Shown: positions 47,151 to 56,555, counted from the stretch's first letter. The stretch is DNA of 64,000 bases from Clostridia bacterium (GCA_017409455.1 JAFQSS010000011.1:29595-93594); one strand, 5' to 3'. The notes: generated by a model from the letters alone, not told the origin. Numbers and translations: made by a program.

Positions 47151-47375
47151 ATGCTACAAAAAAAAAGAATAGATGAACTTTGCAAAACAAACAATATGAA
47201 TGTAAATCAATTAGCAATAGCTTCTGGAATTAATCCCTCTACCATTAGAAGTATCTTTAAAGTAATAACAAAATCGCCTTCTTCTGAAACTATTTATTAT
47301 ATTTGCATTGGATTTGGCATATCTTTAAAAGATTTTTATGATAGTCCTCTATTTGAGGAATTAGATGATGATTAA
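47151..47375 (+). CDS. XRE-family HTH regulator. The SD-proximal ATG at 47138 is out of frame across an A9 tract
   Basis: NVNQLAIASGINPSTIRSIF helix-turn-helix; GGAGGG at 47125-47130 serves the ATG at 47138, not 47151. Confidence 0.65.
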   Translation: MLQKKRIDELCKTNNMNVNQLAIASGINPSTIRSIFKVITKSPSSETIYYICIGFGISLKDFYDSPLFEELDDD

Positions 47376-47437
47376 AAGAGAATGATAAAATATTAAAATT
47401 TTACCATTCTCTTTTAGTTTACACATCTATTTTTCAA

Positions 47438-47977
47438 TTATTTAAAATCTATTAATATATCTTCTAACGACTTATTATCATAATTATTGCTAAAAATATA
47501 ATCATATTCAAGTCCACTATAATCTACTTTAACCATTGAAACACATCCATCATATTGTTCTTCTGTAACTAGTTTATTATTTATTGCATTACTTCTTCTC
47601 AATTCTTCATCTACTTTAATTAAAATTTTTGTATCACACTCTTGCCATATTTTTAAATAAGGTAAAAACATCCATTCAACAATAATAGTATCATTTTCTT
47701 TTGATATTTTATTTATTTCTGTTTCTACCATATTATTTAGTAACACACTTATTCCACTATCTAAATTTTCTAAATTATCAATTAACAATTTAAAATATTC
47801 TAGTTTCATTTTTATAACTTGAGGAGTTCTATCTTCTTTAGCAATAGATTCACTATTTAATATAACTTTGTCTATATCTAAAAAAGGACACTTTAATTTT
47901 TCACTTAATCTTAATGCTAGTGTTGATTTTCCTACTCCAGAATCTCCAGTTATTCCTATTAACTTCAAATCAATCAC
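47438..47977 (-). CDS. P-loop kinase-like protein (dephospho-CoA kinase / nucleoside kinase fold)
   Basis: GITGDSGVGKST Walker A at the N-terminus, 179 aa. Confidence 0.55.
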   Translation of the reverse strand: MIDLKLIGITGDSGVGKSTLALRLSEKLKCPFLDIDKVILNSESIAKEDRTPQVIKMKLEYFKLLIDNLENLDSGISVLLNNMVETEINKISKENDTIIVEWMFLPYLKIWQECDTKILIKVDEELRRSNAINNKLVTEEQYDGCVSMVKVDYSGLEYDYIFSNNYDNKSLEDILIDFK

Positions 47978-47980
47978 CTC

Positions 47981-49000
47981 TTATAAATCTTTTAATCTCT
48001 TTTCTATTTCTTCTGGTGAAGGTAACAAATTTTTCATTTGCTCTGGTAAAGTATCTCTTATTTGATAAGAGGCTACACCGATTGGTTTGTAACTATCATT
48101 TAAAGCATACTCTACAATTGTTCTATTTTTATTTTTACATATTATAATTCCTATTGATGGGTTTTCATGTTCCATTTTAACTTGTTTATCTAATGCAGTT
48201 AAATAAAATTGAAGTTGTCCTACAAATTCAGGCTTAAAATCGCCTATTTTCAATTCAATAGCAACTAAACTTTTTAAACTTCTATGATATAGTAATAAAT
48301 CAATATAAAAATCATCTCCACCAACATTTATATGATATTGATTTCCCATAAAAGCAAAATTCCCACCCATTTCTTCAAGAAATGCTCTTATGTTATTTAA
48401 TAAACTTTCTTCTAACTCTCTTTCTGAATGTTTGTCAGAAAGTTCCATAAAATCAAAAATATACTCATCTTTAACTGCTAATTTTGCTTGATTTACATAT
48501 TTTTCTGGCAATGTTTCATCAAAATTAGTTTGGTTAAGTAAATATTTTTCATAAGACTTATTTTCAATATGATTAATTAACACATCTTTTGTCCAACCAT
48601 ATTTTTTAGTCATTTTTATATAAAATTCTCTTTCAAGTTGTTCTTTGCATTTCTCCATTATGGCGATATTTTTGCTCCAGCTAATTTCTCGCACTAATGG
48701 TGCGAGATTTTCAGCATTACTATATGTAACATAAAAATTTCTCATTCTCCATAAATTACTTGAAGAAAATCCTTTAACGCCGGGGAACTCTTTTTGAATT
48801 TCTTTTGCTAACACTTCAACTATTGATTTTCCCCAACCTTTTTCATTTTGTTGATTATATATTTCTTGTCCAATACCCCAATATAAGCTTATTAAAGTCT
48901 GATTTACTGCTTTCATAGCTTCATATTGGCTATTTCTAATTTTATTTTTTATTTCTCCTATAAAATTTTTGTAATCTTCACTTATCAAATCATTCTCCAT
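47981..49000 (-). CDS. YhcG/DUF1016-family PDDEXK nuclease
   Basis: N-terminal YWGIGQEI..GWGKSIVE..FS.SNLWRMRNFY and C-terminal D..ELK nuclease core pattern. Confidence 0.75.
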   Translation of the reverse strand: MENDLISEDYKNFIGEIKNKIRNSQYEAMKAVNQTLISLYWGIGQEIYNQQNEKGWGKSIVEVLAKEIQKEFPGVKGFSSSNLWRMRNFYVTYSNAENLAPLVREISWSKNIAIMEKCKEQLEREFYIKMTKKYGWTKDVLINHIENKSYEKYLLNQTNFDETLPEKYVNQAKLAVKDEYIFDFMELSDKHSERELEESLLNNIRAFLEEMGGNFAFMGNQYHINVGGDDFYIDLLLYHRSLKSLVAIELKIGDFKPEFVGQLQFYLTALDKQVKMEHENPSIGIIICKNKNRTIVEYALNDSYKPIGVASYQIRDTLPEQMKNLLPSPEEIEKRLKDL

Positions 49001-49224
49001 AAATAAAAATCCTCCTTTTTTTAATTATGCCACAATTAGTGGCACAATTAGTTTTATTTATTTTTACATAATTTACATTATACGCTACTTTCATATTAGA
49101 ACAAAAAAAATAAAAGTATACTTGAATAAATGCATGGCATATTTAACAAATCAAACTGAAACATAAACTAAATTTAGAGTTATAAATAATGTATTATCAA
49201 AATTATTAATTTACACAATATTTC

Positions 49225-49299
49225 TGGCTGGGGCACTGTGATTCGAACACAGGAATGTCGGAGTCAGAGTCCGATGCCTTACCGCTTGGCGATGCCCCA
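49225..49299 (-). tRNA. tRNA-Gln (anticodon CTG), CCA encoded
   Basis: Hand-folded cloverleaf: 7-bp acceptor, anticodon loop cuCUGac, T-arm ctgtg-ttcgaat-cacag. Confidence 0.9.
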
Positions 49300-49378
49300 A
49301 TTTAATACTCATTTATATTACCATAATTAATAAAAATTTGCAACTAAATAGCTGCAAATTTCAGACTAACTATAAATA

Positions 49379-50062
49379 TTAAAATTCATAGTTTTGTATT
49401 TCTCTTTCATATTTTTTATATTCTGGAATATGTTTTTCTATTATTTCGTAAAATCTTTTTCCATGTGTTTTATATTTTAAGTGGCAAAATTCATGTGCTA
49501 TAACATATTGTATTATTTCTTTTTTGAATTGCATTAATTCTGGATTTATTGTTATTTTTCCATTAACGCATTTACCTAATGTATCTTTCATTTTTGTTAC
49601 TGTATATTCTTCTGGTGCCATTCCTAACATTTTTCTTGCATTTTCCATTAAGCTTTCTATTTCATTTTTTGCGATTTGTTCATACATTTTGTCTATTGAT
49701 ATTTTTAGTATTTGTTCATTTCCCATTTTTTTATATTTATTTGGTAATACAATTTCTATTTTGTAATTTTGTTCTAAACTTAATTCTGGCATTTTTATAT
49801 TTTTGTATCTTACTTGTATATCGTAATTTTTTCCAAATATTTTTACAGATTGCATATTTGGTAGATTTTCTTCATATTCTTGCATTTTGCTTAATATCCA
49901 GTTCTTCTTTTCTTGTACCATTTGTTGAATTTTATTTGAAGTAAAATACCAAGGGGCATTTACTACAACTTCACCATTTTGAACTGTTATATACATGTTT
50001 GTATTTACCGCCTTATTTACTGTATATGTTATTACATTATCTTTTCTTCCAAATATACTCAT
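49379..50062 (-). CDS. YgjP-like (DUF45, M48 clan) metal-dependent hydrolase
   Basis: HEFCH zinc motif near the C-terminus, 227 aa. Confidence 0.7.
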   Translation of the reverse strand: MSIFGRKDNVITYTVNKAVNTNMYITVQNGEVVVNAPWYFTSNKIQQMVQEKKNWILSKMQEYEENLPNMQSVKIFGKNYDIQVRYKNIKMPELSLEQNYKIEIVLPNKYKKMGNEQILKISIDKMYEQIAKNEIESLMENARKMLGMAPEEYTVTKMKDTLGKCVNGKITINPELMQFKKEIIQYVIAHEFCHLKYKTHGKRFYEIIEKHIPEYKKYEREIQNYEF

Positions 50063-50225
50063 CCTATTTTCCTCCTTGTTTTGTTATTGCGAATTATTGT
50101 TCGCTTTTGTTGTTTTTATTTTACATCCTTATTTTTATTTTGTCAATACTTTTTTTAAATTTTTTCGAACATTTTTTTGTTTTAATATTTATGCTTGTTT
50201 TGCATATATTTTACGGAGGTGTACT

Positions 50226-51266
50226 ATGAAATTTTATGTATTTAAAATGAAACAATTAATTTTTCCTTTAATGTTTATAGCATTTATAATATGTCTTATT
50301 CTGTTTTCTAATAGTAATTTGTCTTCTGCTAAAAATGGACTTGTTTTATGGGCAAATTCAATTATCCCTGTACTATTTCCGTTTTTTGTAGCAACAGAAC
50401 TGCTTTCACATACAAATTTTACATATTATTTAGGAAAAATTTTAAATAGATTTATGAAGCCACTTTTTAATGTTCGTGGAGAAGGAAGTTTTGCCTTTAT
50501 TATGGGAATTATTAGTGGGTACCCTATTGGTGCCAAAATTGCAGCAAACTTTAGAGAAAATAATATTTGTTCAAAAGAAGAATGTGAACGCCTTTTAAGT
50601 TTTACTAACAACTCCGGTCCTTTATTTATTATTGGAACTGTTGGAATTACTATGTTTGGAAATTCTACAATTGGATTTTTATTATTAATTACTCATCTAC
50701 TTGCCTCTCTTACAGTAGGCATAATTTTTAGATTTTGGAAGGCTAATTTGAAATATACTTCAAATGACCCTAATTCATACTTGGATTCCAAAGACAATAT
50801 TTCTTTATCTAATTTAGGAGGAATTATAGGTGATAGTATTTCCAGTTCAATTAATACCATTTTACTAATTGGTGGTTTTGTTGTACTGTTTTCTGTTATA
50901 ATTTCTATTTTACAGACAAGTCAGTTACTTAATCTATTGTCTAATTTTATTAGACCTTTATTTAATTTACTAAAAATCCCCTCAGAATTTGCCAGTGGCA
51001 TTATATCTGGTTTTTTAGAATTGACTAATGGATTAAATGTTATATGTAATATACCTAATAAAAAATTGTCTCTTAATATAATTATAGCTTCTTTTTTACT
51101 TGGTTTAGGTGGCATTTCAATCCTTCTTCAAGTTTGGAGTACTATTGCCAAAACTGATTTGTCTATAAAACCTTATATTTTAGGAAAATTATTACATGGT
51201 TGTATCTCTGCTCTATATACTTTTCTTTTTTTGCAAAACTTTGCATTTTTTAATTTCGATCTATAA
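50226..51266 (+). CDS. ylbJ: Sporulation integral membrane protein YlbJ (nucleoside-recognition domain)
   Basis: GLVLWANSIIPVLFPFF..GIISGYPIGAK..TNNSGPLFIIG; start at MKFYVF with SD ggaggtg. Confidence 0.8.
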   Translation: MKFYVFKMKQLIFPLMFIAFIICLILFSNSNLSSAKNGLVLWANSIIPVLFPFFVATELLSHTNFTYYLGKILNRFMKPLFNVRGEGSFAFIMGIISGYPIGAKIAANFRENNICSKEECERLLSFTNNSGPLFIIGTVGITMFGNSTIGFLLLITHLLASLTVGIIFRFWKANLKYTSNDPNSYLDSKDNISLSNLGGIIGDSISSSINTILLIGGFVVLFSVIISILQTSQLLNLLSNFIRPLFNLLKIPSEFASGIISGFLELTNGLNVICNIPNKKLSLNIIIASFLLGLGGISILLQVWSTIAKTDLSIKPYILGKLLHGCISALYTFLFLQNFAFFNFDL

Positions 51267-51268
51267 AA

Positions 51269-51297
51269 CGTAAAAAGGGACCAGGTCCCTTTTTACG
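51269..51297. repeat. GGGACCNGGTCCC-family palindrome (29 nt, perfect 14-bp arms); partial second copy at 51304..51321
   Basis: cgtaaaaagggaccaggtccctttttacg. Confidence 0.9.
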
Positions 51298-51301
51298 CAA
51301 T

Positions 51302-51958
51302 TTAGGACCTGGTCCCTTTTTCACTTTTTACTTCTTGAATTTTTAAAAGTTTTGCTGTAATATTATCAGGCGTATTTTCCATAACTATTTTAATTACATT
51401 ATTTGTATTATTTTTAAATTTAAAATCATAAGTCCCATATGCAATGGCAGCATCATTACCTGATTGGATATATGGTACATGTCCACTATGTTCATGTCTT
51501 TCAACAACTTCTAATTCCGGCACTTGCAAAACTGCATTATATAAAGTTGTACTTACTTGGCACATTCCACCACCTAATCCCTGTTCTTTTTTTCCATCTA
51601 CATATATATCAGCTTCTTCATATCCTTTAGTATGTGTTGCTTTTCCTACTGTATCACAAAAAGAAAACGTCTCTCCTGGTTGTATTTCTTTTGTTGATAA
51701 TGTTTGACATGTAATTGTTATATTATTTTGCCTTTCTTCATCTTTGTTATAAATATTTGTTGAAAAGCTTGCTATTTCAACTTCTTGTTTAGTGACTGTA
51801 GTTTCATAGTTTATATTAGTATAACTTCTTTCGCTTTGATAATTGGATGTATCATTCTTTGCTTGTGGTATTTCCTCTGTTTTAGTTGAGTTATACCACC
51901 ATATTCCTCCACCTATTAGTCCAATAATTACAGTTAAAACTATTAGCGCTTTTTTCAT
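51302..51958 (-). CDS. VanW family protein
   Basis: GETFSF..G.GGGMCQVSTTLYNA..HSGHVPYI motifs; the last 7 codons are read from the palindromic element. Confidence 0.85.
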   Translation of the reverse strand: MKKALIVLTVIIGLIGGGIWWYNSTKTEEIPQAKNDTSNYQSERSYTNINYETTVTKQEVEIASFSTNIYNKDEERQNNITITCQTLSTKEIQPGETFSFCDTVGKATHTKGYEEADIYVDGKKEQGLGGGMCQVSTTLYNAVLQVPELEVVERHEHSGHVPYIQSGNDAAIAYGTYDFKFKNNTNNVIKIVMENTPDNITAKLLKIQEVKSEKGTRS

Positions 51959-52086
51959 CTTTTCATCTATCCTTCCTTTAAATCAAATTCATTTTCAAAT
52001 ATTTTACCCAAAATCCTAAATATTATTGACAAATTAACACTAAATATAGTATAATATTTCTGTATAAATTTTTGGAGGAGATTGTT

Positions 52087-52248
52087 ATGTTAGCTAAGTA
52101 TTGGAAAAAAATAGGTTTATTTATTTTAATAGTTGCATGTGTATTTAATGTTATGACTAAATTCATAAATAAATTATCTTTAGAAAACGAATTAGAAGCT
52201 TCAGCAACATATGTAAATCAAGAAGATGATGAAAATTTAGACAAATAA
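52087..52248 (+). CDS. 53-aa small membrane protein (not in the ORF track)
   Basis: TTGACA-17-TATAAT at ~52027-52055; SD ggaggag; MLAKYWKKIGLFILIVACVFNV.. Confidence 0.4.
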   Translation: MLAKYWKKIGLFILIVACVFNVMTKFINKLSLENELEASATYVNQEDDENLDK

Positions 52249-52323
52249 CTTGAAAAAAAATTACAAATATGTTAATATAATATTTGGCAAAAATTACTAT
52301 TCTTGGAAAGAGGTGAATTTCAC

Positions 52324-52524
52324 ATGAAAGACGGATTACATCCAGCATATAACCAAACAACTATTACATGTGCATGTGGTAATGTTTTAGAAGTTGGTTC
52401 AACAAAAAAAGATTTAAAAGTAGATGTTTGCTCAAAATGTCATCCATATTGGACAGGTAACTTAAGACTTGATACAAAAGGTGGAAGAGCAGATAGATTT
52501 AAAAAGAAATATGGTATTCAATAA
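52324..52524 (+). CDS. rpmE: 50S ribosomal protein L31
   Basis: MKDGLHP..C.CG..CSKCHPYWTG; hairpin terminator tggcttc-aaac-gaagcca. Confidence 0.95.
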   Translation: MKDGLHPAYNQTTITCACGNVLEVGSTKKDLKVDVCSKCHPYWTGNLRLDTKGGRADRFKKKYGIQ

Positions 52525-52559
52525 AAAAATGGCTTTCAAACGAAGCCACTTTTTTTATG

Positions 52560-52588
52560 CATAAAAAGGGACCCGGTCCCTTTTTACG
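52560..52588. repeat. GGGACCNGGTCCC-family palindrome
   Basis: cataaaaagggacccggtccctttttacg. Confidence 0.85.
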
Positions 52589-52596
52589 TTTTTCTC

Positions 52597-53184
52597 TTAT
52601 AGCCCTTCCCCATCAGCATTTATGAATTTGCTTTTTTCATCATTTGCAACTTGTTTTTCATTTTCCATCACTTTTTGCTCTTGACCTCTAACTTCTGGGC
52701 TTTTAGGTTTATTAGTACTAGAATTATTTCTATTTTTCATTTCATTAATGATTTTTTTAGTCCTATCTTCTTTTTGTTGAAGAGTTTTATTATACATTTG
52801 ATTCATTTTTTGCATTAAATCTGGTATATAATCTAGCAATTTATCCAAACAAGAATCATGGTCAACAGGCATTAATTTAACATTTCCACCTTGTACTACC
52901 AAAAATGCAACCGGATGTATTGAAACTCCTGCTCCTGCTCCTCCACCAAATGGTAATTTATATTCTATTTCTTCATTATTATCTTTTTTATTATATTCTT
53001 TTAATGTTTCCCCATTAAATTCACTTCCACCAGCAGCAAAACCAAAGCATACTTTTGAAATAGGAATTATCGTTATACCATTTGTTGTTTCTATAGGCTC
53101 TCCTATTATAGTATTTACATCTACCATATCTTGAATACTAGTCATTGCAGTCATCATAAGATTTTCTATTGGATGTTCACTCAT
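52597..53184 (-). CDS. ytfJ: Sporulation protein YtfJ/GerW
   Basis: HPIENLMMTAM..DVNTIIGEPIET..IIPISKVCFGFAAGGSEF. Confidence 0.85.
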   Translation of the reverse strand: MSEHPIENLMMTAMTSIQDMVDVNTIIGEPIETTNGITIIPISKVCFGFAAGGSEFNGETLKEYNKKDNNEEIEYKLPFGGGAGAGVSIHPVAFLVVQGGNVKLMPVDHDSCLDKLLDYIPDLMQKMNQMYNKTLQQKEDRTKKIINEMKNRNNSSTNKPKSPEVRGQEQKVMENEKQVANDEKSKFINADGEGL

Positions 53185-53185
53185 T

Positions 53186-53740
53186 TCATACCTCCACTTT
53201 CTTATTTAGGTTCTTATTTCCTAAATCTTTTAATTTACTTGATATTAATTTATATATATATTGTGTTAAATTAATAGAAATTATACAATTTAGCTGAATT
53301 TTTAAAAAGTTTTTGTTAGAGAAAATTGGTATTATTTCATATTTAGGTTTTTTTAAAATCACACCAAGACCTGCGCCTATTATTCCTGTTAAAACTGCAG
53401 TAAGCGACGCATCTTCTGTTCCTAATTGTACATTTAAATCAATTTTTTTAATATTAATACTTTTTAATAGTTCTTTGTAATCTATTTGTAGATCTTTGTT
53501 TTTTAAAAGTTTTATATCCAAATCTCTATTTTGTAATTTCATATTTTTTCTGTCTTTTTTCAATATTTTGAACTTTTTAAATATAAGAATATATACAAAA
53601 ATTTTACTATCTTTGTTGATTTTTTCACCTTTTGGCTTTTCTGTGTCTATTTTTAAATTCTGAATTTCTATCTCCACTTTACTTGTATAAACTGCGATAG
53701 CCAAAATTAATAAAATTATAAAAATAAAAAGAAAAAACAA
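53186..53740 (-). CDS. DUF2953-like (YtfI-like) sporulation membrane protein
   Basis: Position upstream of ytfJ, N-terminal TM, 184 aa. Confidence 0.5.
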   Translation of the reverse strand: MFFLFIFIILLILAIAVYTSKVEIEIQNLKIDTEKPKGEKINKDSKIFVYILIFKKFKILKKDRKNMKLQNRDLDIKLLKNKDLQIDYKELLKSINIKKIDLNVQLGTEDASLTAVLTGIIGAGLGVILKKPKYEIIPIFSNKNFLKIQLNCIISINLTQYIYKLISSKLKDLGNKNLNKKVEV

Positions 53741-53781
53741 TATTATCGCCCTCTTTGCTTTAATATTATTTTTTCCATTTT

Positions 53782-54543
53782 CTATTTTCTTAAACTTTTT
53801 TCTACTTCAATATCTCCAAATAATTCTTCTTGTTGTGTCATTACCTTATTTCTTCTAGACATTTCTAACAATCCAGAAAAAGCTGTAACTACTTCTGTTT
53901 TGTTTTTCTTTTTTATTGAAAATAATTTGTTAAAAGTAAATTTTTTAAATTTTACTAATGCTCTATACATTTCTTTTACAGTATCTCCAACTGAATATGT
54001 TTCAGTTATTGCAATCTTTTCTATGTTTGATGCATTTTCATTTATTTTATCTACACTTCTGTGTAATAAGTTTCTATAAATATCAGGAATAGTTTCACTG
54101 TTATATTCTTCTTCAATTTCTTGTTTTGGTAATCTTATTTCTTCTGTCATTTTGTAAAATCTTTTTGAATACATTAAAAAATTTTCTTTTAATTTATTTG
54201 TTATTTCTTTATATTTTTTATATTCAATAATTCTGCGTATTAGTTCTTCTTCAGTTATTTCCTCTTCATCTTCTTCATTTTTTGGTAATAAATGTTTTGA
54301 TTTTAAATATAATAAAGTTGATGACATTACTAAAAATTCGCTTGTTACATCTAAATTCATTTCTTCCATTTGTTTTATGAAATCTATATATTGATCTGTT
54401 ATTTCACTTAAATTGATGTCATATATATCCATTTTATTTTTATCAATTAAGTGGCATAATAAATCTAGTGGTCCTTCAAAATTTTCTGTTTTTATTGAAT
54501 ATTTTTTAGTTTCAAGTGTTAATACATTTTGCATATTAGTCAC
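53782..54543 (-). CDS. scpA: Segregation and condensation protein A
   Basis: FEGPLDLLCHLIDKNKMDIYDI. Confidence 0.85.
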   Translation of the reverse strand: MTNMQNVLTLETKKYSIKTENFEGPLDLLCHLIDKNKMDIYDINLSEITDQYIDFIKQMEEMNLDVTSEFLVMSSTLLYLKSKHLLPKNEEDEEEITEEELIRRIIEYKKYKEITNKLKENFLMYSKRFYKMTEEIRLPKQEIEEEYNSETIPDIYRNLLHRSVDKINENASNIEKIAITETYSVGDTVKEMYRALVKFKKFTFNKLFSIKKKNKTEVVTAFSGLLEMSRRNKVMTQQEELFGDIEVEKSLRK

Positions 54544-54991
54544 ATTTATATCCTTTCCTATATAAGTATTGTTCTATCTGCTGTTCATCCATTGTTCCTG
54601 CTTTTTTGATTTTGATTTTTTCAATACATCTTTGTTCATATTCTTTCAATTCTTCATAATTATTATCAATATATTTTTCTATTAGCTTTCTGTCTAGTCC
54701 TTTTGTTGATAATTTATATTTTATTTCTGTTATTGATAATGTTTTTAAATTCATATATTCTCTAACTTGTTTTTCAATAAATTCATAATCATCTAGATAT
54801 TTAGCTTCTTTTAAATAATCTATAATTTCATCTAGCATTTCTTCTTCTATTTCTCCTCTGAATTTATTTCTAACTTCTTGCTCTGTTCTTTTTTTATATG
54901 TTATATATTTAAATACTTTTGTTTTTTGCTCATCAAATTGTTTTAATTTTTCAAAATTTATTGTACTTTCAAAATTTTCAATAATTTTCAT
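54536..54991 (-). CDS. RecX-like regulatory protein
   Basis: Three-repeat helical pattern, EQEVRNKF..YLDDYEF..; 151 aa. Confidence 0.5.
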   Translation of the reverse strand: MKIIENFESTINFEKLKQFDEQKTKVFKYITYKKRTEQEVRNKFRGEIEEEMLDEIIDYLKEAKYLDDYEFIEKQVREYMNLKTLSITEIKYKLSTKGLDRKLIEKYIDNNYEELKEYEQRCIEKIKIKKAGTMDEQQIEQYLYRKGYKCD

Positions 54992-55119
54992 TTTTTACCT
55001 CTTTCGAAGTACATTTTACACGATTTTGCAATATTTTTCAAGTATATTTTGTTGTAAAAAAATAATACTATAAATAAGTTTTATTTTGTATAAAACTTTA
55101 TTTTTAAGGAGGTTTTATT

Positions 55120-55641
55120 ATGAGTAAGAAATTGATTTTTATGACTCTTTTACTAATTGTTAGTGTTCTTACATTTGGTGTTACTTTTACTTTTGCAGCA
55201 AATGATAACAATATGCTTAATAATGCCGCTGATGGTGCTCGTAATATGGTTAATAATGCTGAAAACACTGTAGAAGGTGCTGTTAAAGATATGGGTAATA
55301 CAGTAACAGATTCTGCTGATAAAGCTGGGAATTCTGTAAATAATGCAGGTAATGCTCTTGACAATAGCAATAATAACAATGATAACAACAACAATGGTAA
55401 TGTTAATACAGCTACAACTAGGGAGACTAATACAGCTGATAATACAAACTACACAGCTAACAGAACTAATACAGCTACAACGAGAGCCGCTGGAACAGAT
55501 ACAACTGGTACATTTTTAGGTATGACATCTACAACATGGACTTGGGTTATTCTAGCTATTGCTGCTGTTGCTATAGTTGCTTTAGTTTGGTATTATTCAA
55601 ATCAAGTTACTAATACTAGAAGATATGATGATGGTGAATAA
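55120..55641 (+). CDS. Asn/Thr-rich secreted protein with C-terminal TM anchor
   Basis: Signal peptide, repeated NNA..N.V units, C-terminal WTWVILAIAAVAIVALVWYY. Confidence 0.5.
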   Translation: MSKKLIFMTLLLIVSVLTFGVTFTFAANDNNMLNNAADGARNMVNNAENTVEGAVKDMGNTVTDSADKAGNSVNNAGNALDNSNNNNDNNNNGNVNTATTRETNTADNTNYTANRTNTATTRAAGTDTTGTFLGMTSTTWTWVILAIAAVAIVALVWYYSNQVTNTRRYDDGE

Positions 55642-55708
55642 TTGGTAATTTATTCTTGTTTTAACCTCTTTTCTATGTTATAATATTTTCATAGAAAAGA
55701 GGTTTTTT

Positions 55709-56158
55709 ATGAATACTAAATTAATTGCAAAAAATCCAGTTGCATACCATAATTACAATATTGAAGATACTTTTGAAGCAGGTATTGTTTTAACTGGTAC
55801 TGAAATAAAATCTATTAGAGCTGGTAAAGTAAATTTAAAAGATAGTTATGCCGGTTTTAAAAATGGTGAATGTTATGCTTATTCTATACATATAAGTCCT
55901 TATGAACATGGAAATATTTTTAACAAGGATCCTTTACGTGATAGAAAATTGCTTTTAAGCAAAAGAGAGATTAATAAACTTTTTGGAAAAGTTAAACAAG
56001 ATGGATATAGTCTAGTTCCTATTAGTTTATATTTTAAAGGTAGTTTTGTTAAACTTGAACTTGGACTTGGTAAAGGTAAAAAGTTGTATGATAAGCGTCA
56101 AGATATTGCCAAAAAAGATGCTGAACGCAGGATGCAAAAAGCTTTGAAAGCTCACTAA
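55709..56158 (+). CDS. smpB: SsrA-binding protein
   Basis: [23 protein letters not shown]. Confidence 0.95.
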   Translation: MNTKLIAKNPVAYHNYNIEDTFEAGIVLTGTEIKSIRAGKVNLKDSYAGFKNGECYAYSIHISPYEHGNIFNKDPLRDRKLLLSKREINKLFGKVKQDGYSLVPISLYFKGSFVKLELGLGKGKKLYDKRQDIAKKDAERRMQKALKAH

Positions 56159-56221
56159 ATTTGACTAATTTTACATAATATGATATAATATAATTGATTA
56201 CATTTTTAGGAGGTATTCTCT

Positions 56222-56512
56222 ATGAGTAACTGTCATTATTCCCTGCAAAGGCCCGAAATCGATGAGATGGGACATGAGCTTATGAATGCTCATTACCGGT
56301 TTCTGGAGAATTTCGAAGCCTGCGAACTGCCCACTGGATGTGTCATCCATATCTACGATTTGGTAAGCAAGAAGTTTTCTACAGGCAAGGTCCACTCTTT
56401 TAAGTATAAGGATGTTCTGAATTATCAGATATCTCATTCCGAAAAAGGGTGGGAGGGAATGACGTGTATATCTGCACGTCTTGCGCGTTGCCTTATTAAG
56501 GTAGTAGCGTGA
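56222..56512 (+). CDS. Hypothetical 96-aa Cys/His-rich protein (higher-GC cassette E)
   Basis: TTGACT-17-TATAAT 56161-56189; AGGAGG 8 nt before the ATG. Confidence 0.6.
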   Translation: MSNCHYSLQRPEIDEMGHELMNAHYRFLENFEACELPTGCVIHIYDLVSKKFSTGKVHSFKYKDVLNYQISHSEKGWEGMTCISARLARCLIKVVA

Positions 56513-56519
56513 AACAAAG

Positions 56520-56555
56520 GAGCGTCACACTAGTGTATAGTGTTGACGCTCTTTT
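56520..56555 (+). terminator. Intrinsic terminator of cassette E
   Basis: gagcgtcacacta-gtgta-tagtgttgacgctc-tttt (13 bp with a 1-nt bulge). Confidence 0.75.

Noticed and set aside
49995-50225. 77-codon N-terminal extension of the YlbJ ORF that overlaps the divergent DUF45 gene
   Set aside because: The extension is low-complexity Phe/Leu/Tyr sequence. A proper SD (ggaggtg) precedes the ATG at 50226, where YlbJ homology begins.
34339-52588. CRISPR array formed by the recurring palindromes
   Set aside because: The copies are kilobases apart, irregularly spaced and separated by genes. No cas genes are present.
55104-55394. 96-aa minus-strand Leu/Ser/Ala-rich ORF
   Set aside because: It is the antisense shadow of the Asn/Thr-rich gene 55120..55641, which has the SD, a signal peptide and a C-terminal anchor.
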